Positions 53,749 through 63,055 of a DNA stretch of 64,000 nucleotides are shown here, one piece after another. Origin of the DNA: an uncultured Bacilli bacterium (GTDB lineage Bacteria; Bacillota_I; Bacilli_A; RF39; UBA660); contig CAKOXP010000008.1 in assembly GCA_934130175.1 (NCBI GenBank), positions 181 to 64,180 of the forward strand, written 5' to 3'. A program made the translations under genes and the position numbers. Each line of letters starts with the position of its first letter. Within the stretch, counting starts at the first letter, position 1. The notes under the pieces are model-generated. The model did no database searches. It was not told where the DNA came from and saw only the letters and a list, made by a program, of their open reading frames with translations.

Positions 53749-55143
53749 CTAATAATCAATATCAGTTTTAGCAACTTCTATTACTGGACGAACACCAAAA
53801 GAATAAGTGCTGGTAACATGATTTAACTCTAAACGACGATAATCAGCATCAATGGTCAAAACTGAAGAAAAATATAGAGAACCATGTGTTTCTAACCATT
53901 CACCTTTTGTCATTAAATCACCTGATGAATATTTTGTATTTTCCATTAGATATTTACATTTAGTACTCACTTCTCCCAATCCTCCATTATTTATTATAAC
54001 ATCACATCCTGCACTCATTTCTTGACCCGTTAATAATCGTGCTGCATAACCTTCATAACTAAATCCTGATTTTCTAACTATGCCTTCAGAATCTGTTATA
54101 TCTCTTATATTGCTTTTTAATCTTACATTTTTCCATTGATCTATTGTTGGTAATTGTTTTATTGCTGTTACTGGTCCATCAATATAATCTCTTGAATCAT
54201 AATTCTGAGCATTTGAATCATACGGATATACTGTTGAATTTGAAGGTTTTCCCTCGCTTACGTTATTATAATAGATTAACACTGCTGTTTTATCATCCGT
54301 TGTTGTTCCATTTATCATATCTGATACATAATAAAATCTTTCTGTTTCAGCATCATATATACTATCACCATTAACATCACAATCAAAAGCATCACCTGAT
54401 GCGAGTATTCCACTCTTTCCTAAATTACCATATGTTATTGTTGTAGTTTTCATACTTCCACTTGCTGTATAGCCATCTGCACCACAAAAGTGATACTCAT
54501 TTGTTTGGCTACATGTTTCTGTATGAAGTGTTGTTGCTCTTTTACATATTGCTGTTTTTGTTGGTGTTACTGTTTGAGTAGCTTCTAAACTAAGTTGAGC
54601 ATTAAATATTTTTCCCATTACTTCGTTTTCTGTATTATTATCTCCTGCTTTTGAGTCTATCCAAATTCTTAAACTATACTTAATAGTTTTTCCTTTTTCA
54701 ATTGTTCCTGAGTCTATTACTCTATCTGTTAATATTTTTGATTTTGATGCTGTTGCTTCTTCTCCATCTTTTAATAAAATATATCTTACTTTAGAGTCAG
54801 CTAATCTATCTTCATCTGCTATTGTTACATCTTCATTATTATCATTTGTATAAATATCTAGATCTTTTAATGATAAAGTATAACTACTTGTACTACTTTT
54901 ATTTGTTAATGTAAATGTATATTCTTTTGTAGTCATTCCTTGTCTATAACTTCTTGGTACTTCTTTTGTTAATTTTATTCCCTCACTTGTTGTATCATCT
55001 AATGTTAATTCTAAGTTTCCTGCTGTTATCTTGTTAATTATCTCTGATTTTTTAGTTATATTTAACCACGCATATGTTGTTCCTATTATTACTACTAGTG
55101 TTAGCACTAGTGCAACTACTAATATTTTTTTATTATTTTTCAT
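53749..55143 (-). CDS. Secreted two-module protein: TasA/SipW-type N-module plus Cys-rich DVNGD / GVRPVIEV C-module
   Basis: IIGTTYAWLNITKKSEIINKITAGNLELTL...FNAQLSLEATQ, then CKRATTLHTETC...GDAFDCDVNGDSIYD...GPVTAIKQLPT...GYAARLLT...GVRPVIEVAKTDIDY. Confidence 0.7.
   Translation of the reverse strand: MKNNKKILVVALVLTLVVIIGTTYAWLNITKKSEIINKITAGNLELTLDDTTSEGIKLTKEVPRSYRQGMTTKEYTFTLTNKSSTSSYTLSLKDLDIYTNDNNEDVTIADEDRLADSKVRYILLKDGEEATASKSKILTDRVIDSGTIEKGKTIKYSLRIWIDSKAGDNNTENEVMGKIFNAQLSLEATQTVTPTKTAICKRATTLHTETCSQTNEYHFCGADGYTASGSMKTTTITYGNLGKSGILASGDAFDCDVNGDSIYDAETERFYYVSDMINGTTTDDKTAVLIYYNNVSEGKPSNSTVYPYDSNAQNYDSRDYIDGPVTAIKQLPTIDQWKNVRLKSNIRDITDSEGIVRKSGFSYEGYAARLLTGQEMSAGCDVIINNGGLGEVSTKCKYLMENTKYSSGDLMTKGEWLETHGSLYFSSVLTIDADYRRLELNHVTSTYSFGVRPVIEVAKTDIDY
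54530..55143 (-). repeat. Direct repeat copy A (~610 bp, the N-module-coding part) matching 58978..59591
   Basis: Side-by-side reading shows roughly nine in ten identical positions (by eye, not computed). Confidence 0.8.
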
Positions 55144-55174
55144 TACTACTTCTCCTTAAAAATATTTTTATTTT

Positions 55175-56623
55175 TTACTTAGTCTTCCTATATATAAAAT
55201 GAAACTTCCAACTATTATCAATCAAAATAATATTAGTATCCTCATTTATTCCATAATATTTTTTAAACATTTCTAAATGATAGGCATTTTCTGGATTAAT
55301 ATTACATGGTGCAAAAGAAGGATATGCAACTATTTCTATATTTTTAGCTTTAGCATTTATTCCTTGCTTTATTCTCAGATAATTGTCATTATATTGTAAA
55401 TGAATACTTATATAAAAAGTAATATATAATATTATACCTACTACATTACTAGTAATTAAAAGATAATTTATAAGTTTACTTTTGTTTAAATATCTATCTA
55501 TTATTATTAAGTAACTAACACTCATAAATAAATATGTTGCAAAGGAAGTTCGATAGCCCCATGTTGGTGAAAGAAGCATTATTCCGTTTGAACATATTCC
55601 AATGAGAAAAAATAATACAGCTAAATCTTTATTGATGCTCTTACTATCTTTAATAACTAAAAGAAAACTGAAAATACTATATAACAAGAAATATATAATT
55701 GTAAAAATATTATTACTTGAAAATTGATCATTTAAAGTAAAAGTTATTACTGGTACTATAGAAAAAATTTCAAATAGATAGAAAAAAATCCTAACTATTT
55801 TATTTTTTATTTTATTTCTGGTAATTAGACAATTACCTATAAGCATTAATATAATTAGTAAGTAATTAATAAGATATGTATAATATATGAAATTTGGTAT
55901 ATTATACCCTATTTTCTTTATAAAACTTAGATTATTAAAGTATGTATTTTCAATACTATTTCTTAAAGTATTACCTGGTGATAAAAACATGATTATAAAA
56001 CTAATTATTGATATAAGCAAAAATATAATTAATTTCTTATTTATCTTTTTAGTTTCCAAGTAATCAAGGATTATAAATAAAATGTTAATTAATATTAAGA
56101 TAATAGCCATATGTTCAACAAACATTGGAATTATTATATTTAATATTATTAAAAAGATATTTTTTTTCATTGATGATAACTTATTTTTATAAAGTTCATT
56201 TAAATAATAAAGTAATAGTAAAATAACAAATAAATAGGTGATATTACCAGCTATCCAAACAACAACCTGTGAAAAGGTATACAAATTCATAAAAAGAAAT
56301 ATTAGTGGTACTGCCAGAAACATCGTTTTTTTATTTTTAAATTTGCATATGGTATTTATCATATACATTATTAATACAATAATTAAACTATTCAGAATAT
56401 TCCATAACCATTTATTATAAGTAAGTATGTTGATTAATAGTCTGCTTATGAATCTGCCTTCCCATGAAAAATACATTCCAACAGTATTTACTACTATATG
56501 TCTTATTCCTTGTTCTCCAACTAAATAATTGCCCCAATCATCCCCAGAAATAGGACTTAAAAACATAATTAATAGAAAAAAGGTAAAATATAATATATAT
56601 TCTTTTTTAATACACTCTTTCAT
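55175..56623 (-). CDS. Large polytopic membrane protein, GT-C-like glycosyltransferase candidate (DUF6056-like)
   Basis: The start is ATG 56623 (SD AGAGGA). More than 10 predicted TM helices, with an early extracytoplasmic loop SPISGDDWGNY (an acidic DD motif like GT-C enzymes). Adjacent to an LCP gene. Confidence 0.4.
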   Translation of the reverse strand: MKECIKKEYILYFTFFLLIMFLSPISGDDWGNYLVGEQGIRHIVVNTVGMYFSWEGRFISRLLINILTYNKWLWNILNSLIIVLIMYMINTICKFKNKKTMFLAVPLIFLFMNLYTFSQVVVWIAGNITYLFVILLLLYYLNELYKNKLSSMKKNIFLIILNIIIPMFVEHMAIILILINILFIILDYLETKKINKKLIIFLLISIISFIIMFLSPGNTLRNSIENTYFNNLSFIKKIGYNIPNFIYYTYLINYLLIILMLIGNCLITRNKIKNKIVRIFFYLFEIFSIVPVITFTLNDQFSSNNIFTIIYFLLYSIFSFLLVIKDSKSINKDLAVLFFLIGICSNGIMLLSPTWGYRTSFATYLFMSVSYLIIIDRYLNKSKLINYLLITSNVVGIILYITFYISIHLQYNDNYLRIKQGINAKAKNIEIVAYPSFAPCNINPENAYHLEMFKKYYGINEDTNIILIDNSWKFHFIYRKTK

Positions 56624-56681
56624 AAATATTCCTCTACCTTCATATAAAAATGATAACATAAAAAGAAAAGAAAAAGAAGTA

Positions 56682-58088
56682 TTATTTGTTATTTAATACC
56701 TCTTTTATCTTTTTGCTAACAGTATTTACTTGTTCCATATCAGGTATGGTAACACCTACTTCTTGAGTTCCTAAATGTCCCATTCCTTTTCCGTCTGTAC
56801 CATCTGGATATTGTTCAATTATTTCATAATCACTATAATTTTCTATTAATGATTTAAATAGATTAGTAACAGCTTTTTTATTCATATCAGTAGTATATAA
56901 ATTGCTATAACTATTTAAAATTTCTGTGTAATTAGATAAAGTAGATCCAGATAAAGTCTTTTTAGCTACACTAAGTAAAATTTTACGACAATTATTTATT
57001 CTTCCTCTTTCATTATTTTTTAGATTAAGTCTTTCTCTGGATATCGCAAGTATTTCCTTTCCATTATAGTTTTTGCATCCTTTAGATACATTCAATTTTG
57101 TACCAGTTTTGTCATCATATGTATTAGTTGTTAAAACATGTGTTGTTGTAAAGTCATAGTCAGAACAAAACTCTACTCCTCCTAAAGTGTCAACAACATT
57201 TACTAATGAATTAGTATTAATATTAAGTGTATAATCAATATCTATATCAAAGAGTTCTTCTAGTGCTTCTTTGCTAACATCACTATCAAGTGAACCCAAA
57301 CACATCAATGTATCTTTTATATTATAGGCTGGAACATCAATATAATATCCTCTTAAAACAGAAGTTAAAACTATTTGTTTGCTTTTAGTATTAACAGTAA
57401 CAAGCATATTAAAGTCTCGCATTATTCCAGTGAAATCAACACCATTTAAATAAATAGTATAACTATCTTTTACAGTATCATTTTTCTTTTCTTTATAACT
57501 AACACTAAATTCTTTAATTATTTTGTAATTATTACTATCATATAAAATAGATGAATTCATTAAATAATCATAATTAGATTTACTTATCAATAAATAATTA
57601 TTTGTATCATTATTAATAATATCTAAAACAGTACTTATACTATCAGTTGCGACTAATTCTCTATCTTTTAGTTTTTTTAATGCCAAATCTATACTTTTAG
57701 AATACTTATAATAAAAGATTTTATTATTTATTTTTTGAATATCATTAATAGGATTATTAATATTAGTTATAACTATATAATCAGTACTTACAACAGCATA
57801 ATCAGAAAATCCTTTATCTATAAATGTATTTGTTTTATCTAGATAATAAAACCCAAAAATATTAAAAGCATTAGTAATAATCAATATTATGATACCTAAT
57901 ACCAAGAAAAATTTATTTTTTAAATTAACAAATACTATACCTAATAAATTAATAATAACTTCAACCACAATAAATAATATAAGGTATTTATTACTAAGAA
58001 TATTTATTTTAATAACAGTAATCAATAAAAGTATAAATATAATTAAACTTATTATACTTAAAATGTTTCTCAATACACTTTTTTTCAA
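56682..58088 (-). CDS. LytR-CpsA-Psr (LCP) family phosphotransferase
   Basis: N-terminal TM helices, then RDFNMLVTVNTKSKQIVLTSVLRGYYIDVP...IDIDYTLNINTNSLVNVVDTLGGVEF. Confidence 0.7.
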   Translation of the reverse strand: MKKSVLRNILSIISLIIFILLLITVIKINILSNKYLILFIVVEVIINLLGIVFVNLKNKFFLVLGIIILIITNAFNIFGFYYLDKTNTFIDKGFSDYAVVSTDYIVITNINNPINDIQKINNKIFYYKYSKSIDLALKKLKDRELVATDSISTVLDIINNDTNNYLLISKSNYDYLMNSSILYDSNNYKIIKEFSVSYKEKKNDTVKDSYTIYLNGVDFTGIMRDFNMLVTVNTKSKQIVLTSVLRGYYIDVPAYNIKDTLMCLGSLDSDVSKEALEELFDIDIDYTLNINTNSLVNVVDTLGGVEFCSDYDFTTTHVLTTNTYDDKTGTKLNVSKGCKNYNGKEILAISRERLNLKNNERGRINNCRKILLSVAKKTLSGSTLSNYTEILNSYSNLYTTDMNKKAVTNLFKSLIENYSDYEIIEQYPDGTDGKGMGHLGTQEVGVTIPDMEQVNTVSKKIKEVLNNK

Positions 58089-58196
58089 TTCAAACCACCT
58101 CTAAATACGCTGCATATTATAGCATGTATTTAGATATTTGTAAAGAAAAACTAAGCAAACTAAAAATGAAAATCATTATGATTCTCATTTTTGGTT

Positions 58197-59591
58197 TTAA
58201 TATTCGATATTTACTTTAGCAACTTCTATTGCAGGACGGACGCCACGATAACTTGCACTATTTACATATACGTAATCAATATATCGATAATTACCGCGAA
58301 CAAGCCAAGCATAATTTGAGCGTGATGAATCCGGAGTTTCTAACAATCCTCCGTAAGTAGCTAAACTATCAGATGAATATTTTGTATTTTCCATTAAATA
58401 TTTACATTTACTACTTAGTTCACCTTTTATATAACTTCCTACTATAACATCACAACCAGTACTTACTTCTTGGGTAGTTAATAGTCTTGCTGCATATCCT
58501 TCATAACTAAAGGCTGTTGGAAGATCTCCCGCAGTTGTTGTATTTCCTCCATTCTCATTTGTTATAGCTCTTGTTGTATTTGTTAGGTTTACGTTACTCC
58601 ATTGCTCTGTTGTTGGTAATTGTTTTATTGCTGTTACTGGGCCATTATTGTTAGTTCCACTTTCATCATATGCATATGCTGTTGAATTAGATGCCACTCC
58701 TCCACTTACATTATTATAATAGATTAATACCGCTGTATTATTATCTGTTGTAACTCCATTTGTTACATCTGATACATAATAAAATCTTTCTGTTTCAGAA
58801 TCATATAATCCATCCCCATTAACATCACAATCAAATGCATCTCCACTTGTTAGAACTCCTTTTGTTCCCAGATTTCCATAGGTCATTGCATCATTTAAGG
58901 CATATCCATCCGCTTGACAATATCCTGTTGCATCTTCATTAGAACAAGTTTCTGTATGAAGTGTTGTTGCTCTTTTACATACTGCTGTTTTTGTTGGGGT
59001 TACTGTTTGAGTAGCTTCTAAACTTAGTTGTGCGTTAAATACTTTTCCCATTACTTCTTCTTCTGTATTATTATCTCCTGCTTTTGAATCTATCCAGATT
59101 CTTAGACTATAAGTAATTGTTTTTCCTTTTTCTATTGTTCCTGAGTCTATTACTCTATCTGTTAATATTTTTGATTTTGCTGCAGTTGCTTCTTCTCCAT
59201 CTTTTAATAAAATATATCTTACTTTAGAATCAGCTAATCTATCTGCATCTGTTATTGCTACTTCTTCATTATTATCATTTGTATAAGTATCTAGATCTTT
59301 TAATGATAAAGTATAACTACTTGTACTACTTTTATTTGTTAATGTAAATGTATACTCTTCTGTTTTTATTCCTTGTTGATAACTCATTGGGATTGCTTTT
59401 ATTAATTTTATTCCTTCACTTGTTGTATCATCTAATACTAATTCTAAGTTTCCTGCTGTTATTTTATTTACTATATCTGAATTCTTTGTTAGTCTTAACC
59501 ATGCATATGTTGTTCCTATTATTACTACTAGGATTAATACTATAGCTATTACTAAAAGTTTTGCATTTCCTATTTTTTTCTTTTCTTCCAT
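58197..59591 (-). CDS. Secreted two-module protein, paralog of 53749..55143
   Basis: Same N-module. The C-module CKRATTLHTETC...GDAFDCDVNGDGLYD...GVRPAIEVAKVNIEY is closer to that of 2390..3421. Confidence 0.7.
   Translation of the reverse strand: MEEKKKIGNAKLLVIAIVLILVVIIGTTYAWLRLTKNSDIVNKITAGNLELVLDDTTSEGIKLIKAIPMSYQQGIKTEEYTFTLTNKSSTSSYTLSLKDLDTYTNDNNEEVAITDADRLADSKVRYILLKDGEEATAAKSKILTDRVIDSGTIEKGKTITYSLRIWIDSKAGDNNTEEEVMGKVFNAQLSLEATQTVTPTKTAVCKRATTLHTETCSNEDATGYCQADGYALNDAMTYGNLGTKGVLTSGDAFDCDVNGDGLYDSETERFYYVSDVTNGVTTDNNTAVLIYYNNVSGGVASNSTAYAYDESGTNNNGPVTAIKQLPTTEQWSNVNLTNTTRAITNENGGNTTTAGDLPTAFSYEGYAARLLTTQEVSTGCDVIVGSYIKGELSSKCKYLMENTKYSSDSLATYGGLLETPDSSRSNYAWLVRGNYRYIDYVYVNSASYRGVRPAIEVAKVNIEY
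58978..59591 (-). repeat. Direct repeat copy B matching 54530..55143
   Basis: See copy A. The two copies are offset by 4448 bp. Confidence 0.8.
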
Positions 59592-59668
59592 ATTTTACAC
59601 TTCCCTCTAGTATTAGAATACACTAATAATTTTAAAATATCAATTAAAAATGACTTCTACAGTCCTCC

Positions 59669-59785
59669 TTATTTGTCTAAATTAATTTCATCTGCTATTT
59701 TAGAAATTTTCAAAGAGCAAAACATAAATAATGTTAATACTCCAATTGTTATAATACCTAAAGTTAATAATGCTGCCTTAATCAT
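59669..59785 (-). CDS. 38-aa single-TM peptide MIKAALLTLGIITIGVLTLFMFCSLKISKIADEINLDK
   Basis: Below the track cutoff. SD AGGAGA lies 6 nt before ATG 59785, with a TTGATT-16-TATAAT promoter (59812..59839, minus strand). Confidence 0.35.
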   Translation of the reverse strand: MIKAALLTLGIITIGVLTLFMFCSLKISKIADEINLDK

Positions 59786-60011
59786 ATTTTATCTCCTATC
59801 TTCTTATATTTATTATATTATATAAATTTGTAAAATCAAACAAATTTGTCACAATTTTACACCTGAAATATGAGGGCATTATATTATACTTTAGGTTTCT
59901 TTGCAAATGACCAAATTTAATAATTGAATAGAATTTATATCTAAAAATTTATTTTTTACCTAATAAAAAAGCATTTAATCATTTGTTAAACGCTTTCAAT
60001 TAATTAGTTTC

Positions 60012-60569
60012 CTACTTTTCTAAATTATTTTTAGAAAAGTCATATAACAATTTTAAATTGTCAGGAACATTATTAGTTTTATCTAGTTTTAGTTCATCTA
60101 ATTTTAAATTAATAGTTGATGTTTGTTCGACAACACTTTTATCAACTCCATAAATAACAAATTGTTTATTAAACTGTTCTAATACTTTAGAATAGTTACC
60201 ACCGTCATCATATTTAATTAAATACAAACTATTTGAATGATTAAACTCTTCGGCATTCTTTAGTTTATCAACAATTAACTCTATCGCCTTATCATAAGGT
60301 TTTCCTTCTATTTTTTTATTTGCTAAAGTTGAAACACTTTTACTATTTAAAAACAAAATATTAGAAACTTTATCTTTTTGATTAATAACTAATATTACAT
60401 CTGATTCTACCTTTACTCCTATTAATGATTTATAATTTGTATCTAGTTTTATATTTTTACTTTTAGTATTAAAAACCATTACGATAACTATAGCAATTAT
60501 TACAATTAATACTAAAATTCCTATAATTGTTCCCATCACTACTTTCTTATTTTTATTCATCTCTTCCAC
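60012..60569 (-). CDS. Membrane-anchored protein of unknown function, abutting PBP2B with no intergenic gap
   Basis: Its start at 60569 abuts the PBP2B stop at 60570. N-terminal TM GTIIGILVLIVIIAIVIVMVF. A terminator lies ~25 nt downstream (59965..59998). Confidence 0.5.
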   Translation of the reverse strand: MEEMNKNKKVVMGTIIGILVLIVIIAIVIVMVFNTKSKNIKLDTNYKSLIGVKVESDVILVINQKDKVSNILFLNSKSVSTLANKKIEGKPYDKAIELIVDKLKNAEEFNHSNSLYLIKYDDGGNYSKVLEQFNKQFVIYGVDKSVVEQTSTINLKLDELKLDKTNNVPDNLKLLYDFSKNNLEK

Positions 60570-62714
60570 CTAACTTTCAAATTTTTTATCCAAGCTCAAA
60601 ACAATTTCCATACCATCTGTTATAGGTGTATTTTCAGAAACACTTTGAGTTTTTACATAACCGCTGCCTTCTAGTTTTACTTTTACACCAAGTATTTCAA
60701 GTAAACTTTTAGCCTCTTTACTAGAAAGACCTACAACATTTGGAATTACATAACTACTATCATTAGTTATCAAATATATTTTATCTTTATTAGTAACTGT
60801 TGTTTTAGCAGTTGGATATTGTTTAACTACCTTAGTACCATTCCCAATTATTTGATAATTCATACCATTATTGGTTAAGGTTGTTTTTACTTTTTCTAAA
60901 TCTTTATTAGTAAACGATGGTAATTTATACTCAATTACTTGATCTGTAGCAGTTTGTTTTTCTGTTCCTAAGTATTTACCTGTATTCAAAACAACTTCTT
61001 TTACAGCATTAGATATTGGTTTTTGACTACCATTACTTGGTCTTTTTACAGAAGCGTAAATAATTATTTGAGGATTGCTCTTAGGATATATTCCTGCAAA
61101 AGAAGAAATTATATCATTTTTACCATTCAAATAACCTCTTCCATTTTCCGCAGCTATTTGAGCAGTACCAGTTTTACCTATAAGTTCATGACTATCGATA
61201 CGATACCCACTACCTGTATTTCCTATTCCATTAACTGTATCATCCATTAACTGGATCATCTTTTCAACTGTTGTAGTAGAAGCAACTCGTTCTATTTCGT
61301 TTTTCTTACCTTTCATTACTACTTCATTAGTAGTTGGATTTACAATTTTTTTAACTATGTATGGTTCAAGTAACATTCCATCACTTGTAAGTGGTGTTAA
61401 AGCTTGAATGTTTTGCATTGGTGTTGTTGTAATTCCTTGACCAAATCCAGCATTATAAATTTCTGTTTCATATTTAAAGTTCATTGTACCAGCTACTTCA
61501 TTTGGTAAAGATATTCCTGTTTTTGAACCAAATCCAAGTTTTCTAAAATATTGCCTCAACATAGCTGAATTCATATGATTTTTAATTAAATTAATAACTC
61601 CAACATTACTTGATAGAGCATAACCCTTATCATAACTTATCATACCCCAACCATTACGATTCCAGTCACCAATTACAGTTCCATCAGATGTTTCATAAGT
61701 ACCTGATTTATAGGTTTCACTTCCATTATAAACACCATTTTCCATAGCTGCCATATAAGTAAATGTTTTCATAGTAGAACCAGGTTCATAGGCTGATGCT
61801 ACTGTAAGGTCTAAATAATTAGTCATATTTCTTAAGTTAGGATCAAATGATGGATAAGAAGCAAGGCCTAAGATTGCCCCTGTTTTAGCATCTGCTACTA
61901 CCATTGTAAACCATTCATATCCAAACTCTTCTTTGGCTTTATTTAGAGCTTGTTCTATAAAAAACTGAATATTACTATCAACTGTTAAATATATATCTTT
62001 TCCTTCAATTGCATCTTCTTTTAACTCTTTAGTATCAGCTATTTTATATCCTTTTAAATCTTTTTGATATGTAACATAGCCATCTTTACCTTTTAAGATT
62101 TTGTCATAGTATTTTTCTATACCCATCTCGCCTGAAATATCATCTTCGTCATCACTACTTGCTTTAGCATATCCAAGTGTATATGATAAAAACTGACCTT
62201 TAGGATAGTATCTTTTATAACTTTCAATAAAATCTAGTCCTGGTAAGTTTAAATCTTCTATTTTCTTTTTATCTAGTTCAGAAAGACCTTTACCATGACT
62301 ACCAAATTCTGTTTGATAAACCCCTTCTTTATTAAGATATTTTAAAACTTCATCTTTTTCCATAGAAAGAATTGGTGCGAGAGCTTCAGCTGTTTTTTCT
62401 TTATCTACAACATGTTGAGGATTATCTTTATTTTCAGTTCTTTTTGGATCTAGATACGCTATTAGTTTATAAGAAGAAACATTTAGAGCTAAAGCTTCAT
62501 TATCGCTAGAATAGATTGTTCCTCTTTTTGCTTTTAATATTTCTGTTTTACTGGTTCTTTTACTAGCTAGTTCTTGAAGATTTACACCATCAATTGTTTT
62601 TGATGTTGATAACTCTATTACTCTTCCTATCATAACTACAAACAAAAAAAGAGAAGAGAAAATGAATAGCTTACTATATTTTATACTATTTCTAGTTTTT
62701 TTCTTTCTCTTCAT
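60570..62714 (-). CDS. Class B penicillin-binding protein (PBP2B/FtsI-type) with two C-terminal PASTA domains
   Basis: SxxK (GSTMK), SSN and KTGTA motifs. Located downstream of ftsL. Confidence 0.92.
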   Translation of the reverse strand: MKRKKKTRNSIKYSKLFIFSSLFLFVVMIGRVIELSTSKTIDGVNLQELASKRTSKTEILKAKRGTIYSSDNEALALNVSSYKLIAYLDPKRTENKDNPQHVVDKEKTAEALAPILSMEKDEVLKYLNKEGVYQTEFGSHGKGLSELDKKKIEDLNLPGLDFIESYKRYYPKGQFLSYTLGYAKASSDDEDDISGEMGIEKYYDKILKGKDGYVTYQKDLKGYKIADTKELKEDAIEGKDIYLTVDSNIQFFIEQALNKAKEEFGYEWFTMVVADAKTGAILGLASYPSFDPNLRNMTNYLDLTVASAYEPGSTMKTFTYMAAMENGVYNGSETYKSGTYETSDGTVIGDWNRNGWGMISYDKGYALSSNVGVINLIKNHMNSAMLRQYFRKLGFGSKTGISLPNEVAGTMNFKYETEIYNAGFGQGITTTPMQNIQALTPLTSDGMLLEPYIVKKIVNPTTNEVVMKGKKNEIERVASTTTVEKMIQLMDDTVNGIGNTGSGYRIDSHELIGKTGTAQIAAENGRGYLNGKNDIISSFAGIYPKSNPQIIIYASVKRPSNGSQKPISNAVKEVVLNTGKYLGTEKQTATDQVIEYKLPSFTNKDLEKVKTTLTNNGMNYQIIGNGTKVVKQYPTAKTTVTNKDKIYLITNDSSYVIPNVVGLSSKEAKSLLEILGVKVKLEGSGYVKTQSVSENTPITDGMEIVLSLDKKFES

Positions 62715-62731
62715 CTTATCACATCCGTTTA

Positions 62732-63040
62732 TTATTTATCTTCTGTAATTGTTCTTATATTATTATTATTATAACTCAATCCTTGGTTTGCTGCAACCTC
62801 TTGGATTTTTGTAAGAGATGCTAATTCATCAATTGTCATAGAAATACTTTCATTAGTTTTTTCTTGTTTTTCAATTTCTTTCTTTTGTTGTTCAACTTCA
62901 AAGTTTATTTTTGCAAGTGTTGCTTTGGAAAACACGATAGAAAGTGGAGATACTAATAATAGAAAAACTGCTAAAGTGTATAAGAATTTTTCTGTTTTAG
63001 ACATCTTTAATTGTTTTTTCATTTTTTTCTTCTTTTTCAT
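62732..63040 (-). CDS. ftsL: Cell division protein FtsL
   Basis: Basic N-terminus, single TM, coiled coil. Position is between rsmH and the PBP. ATG 63040 is preferred (AAGGG 9 nt upstream). Confidence 0.7.
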   Translation of the reverse strand: MKKKKKMKKQLKMSKTEKFLYTLAVFLLLVSPLSIVFSKATLAKINFEVEQQKKEIEKQEKTNESISMTIDELASLTKIQEVAANQGLSYNNNNIRTITEDK

Positions 63041-63055
63041 GAAAATCATCCCTTT

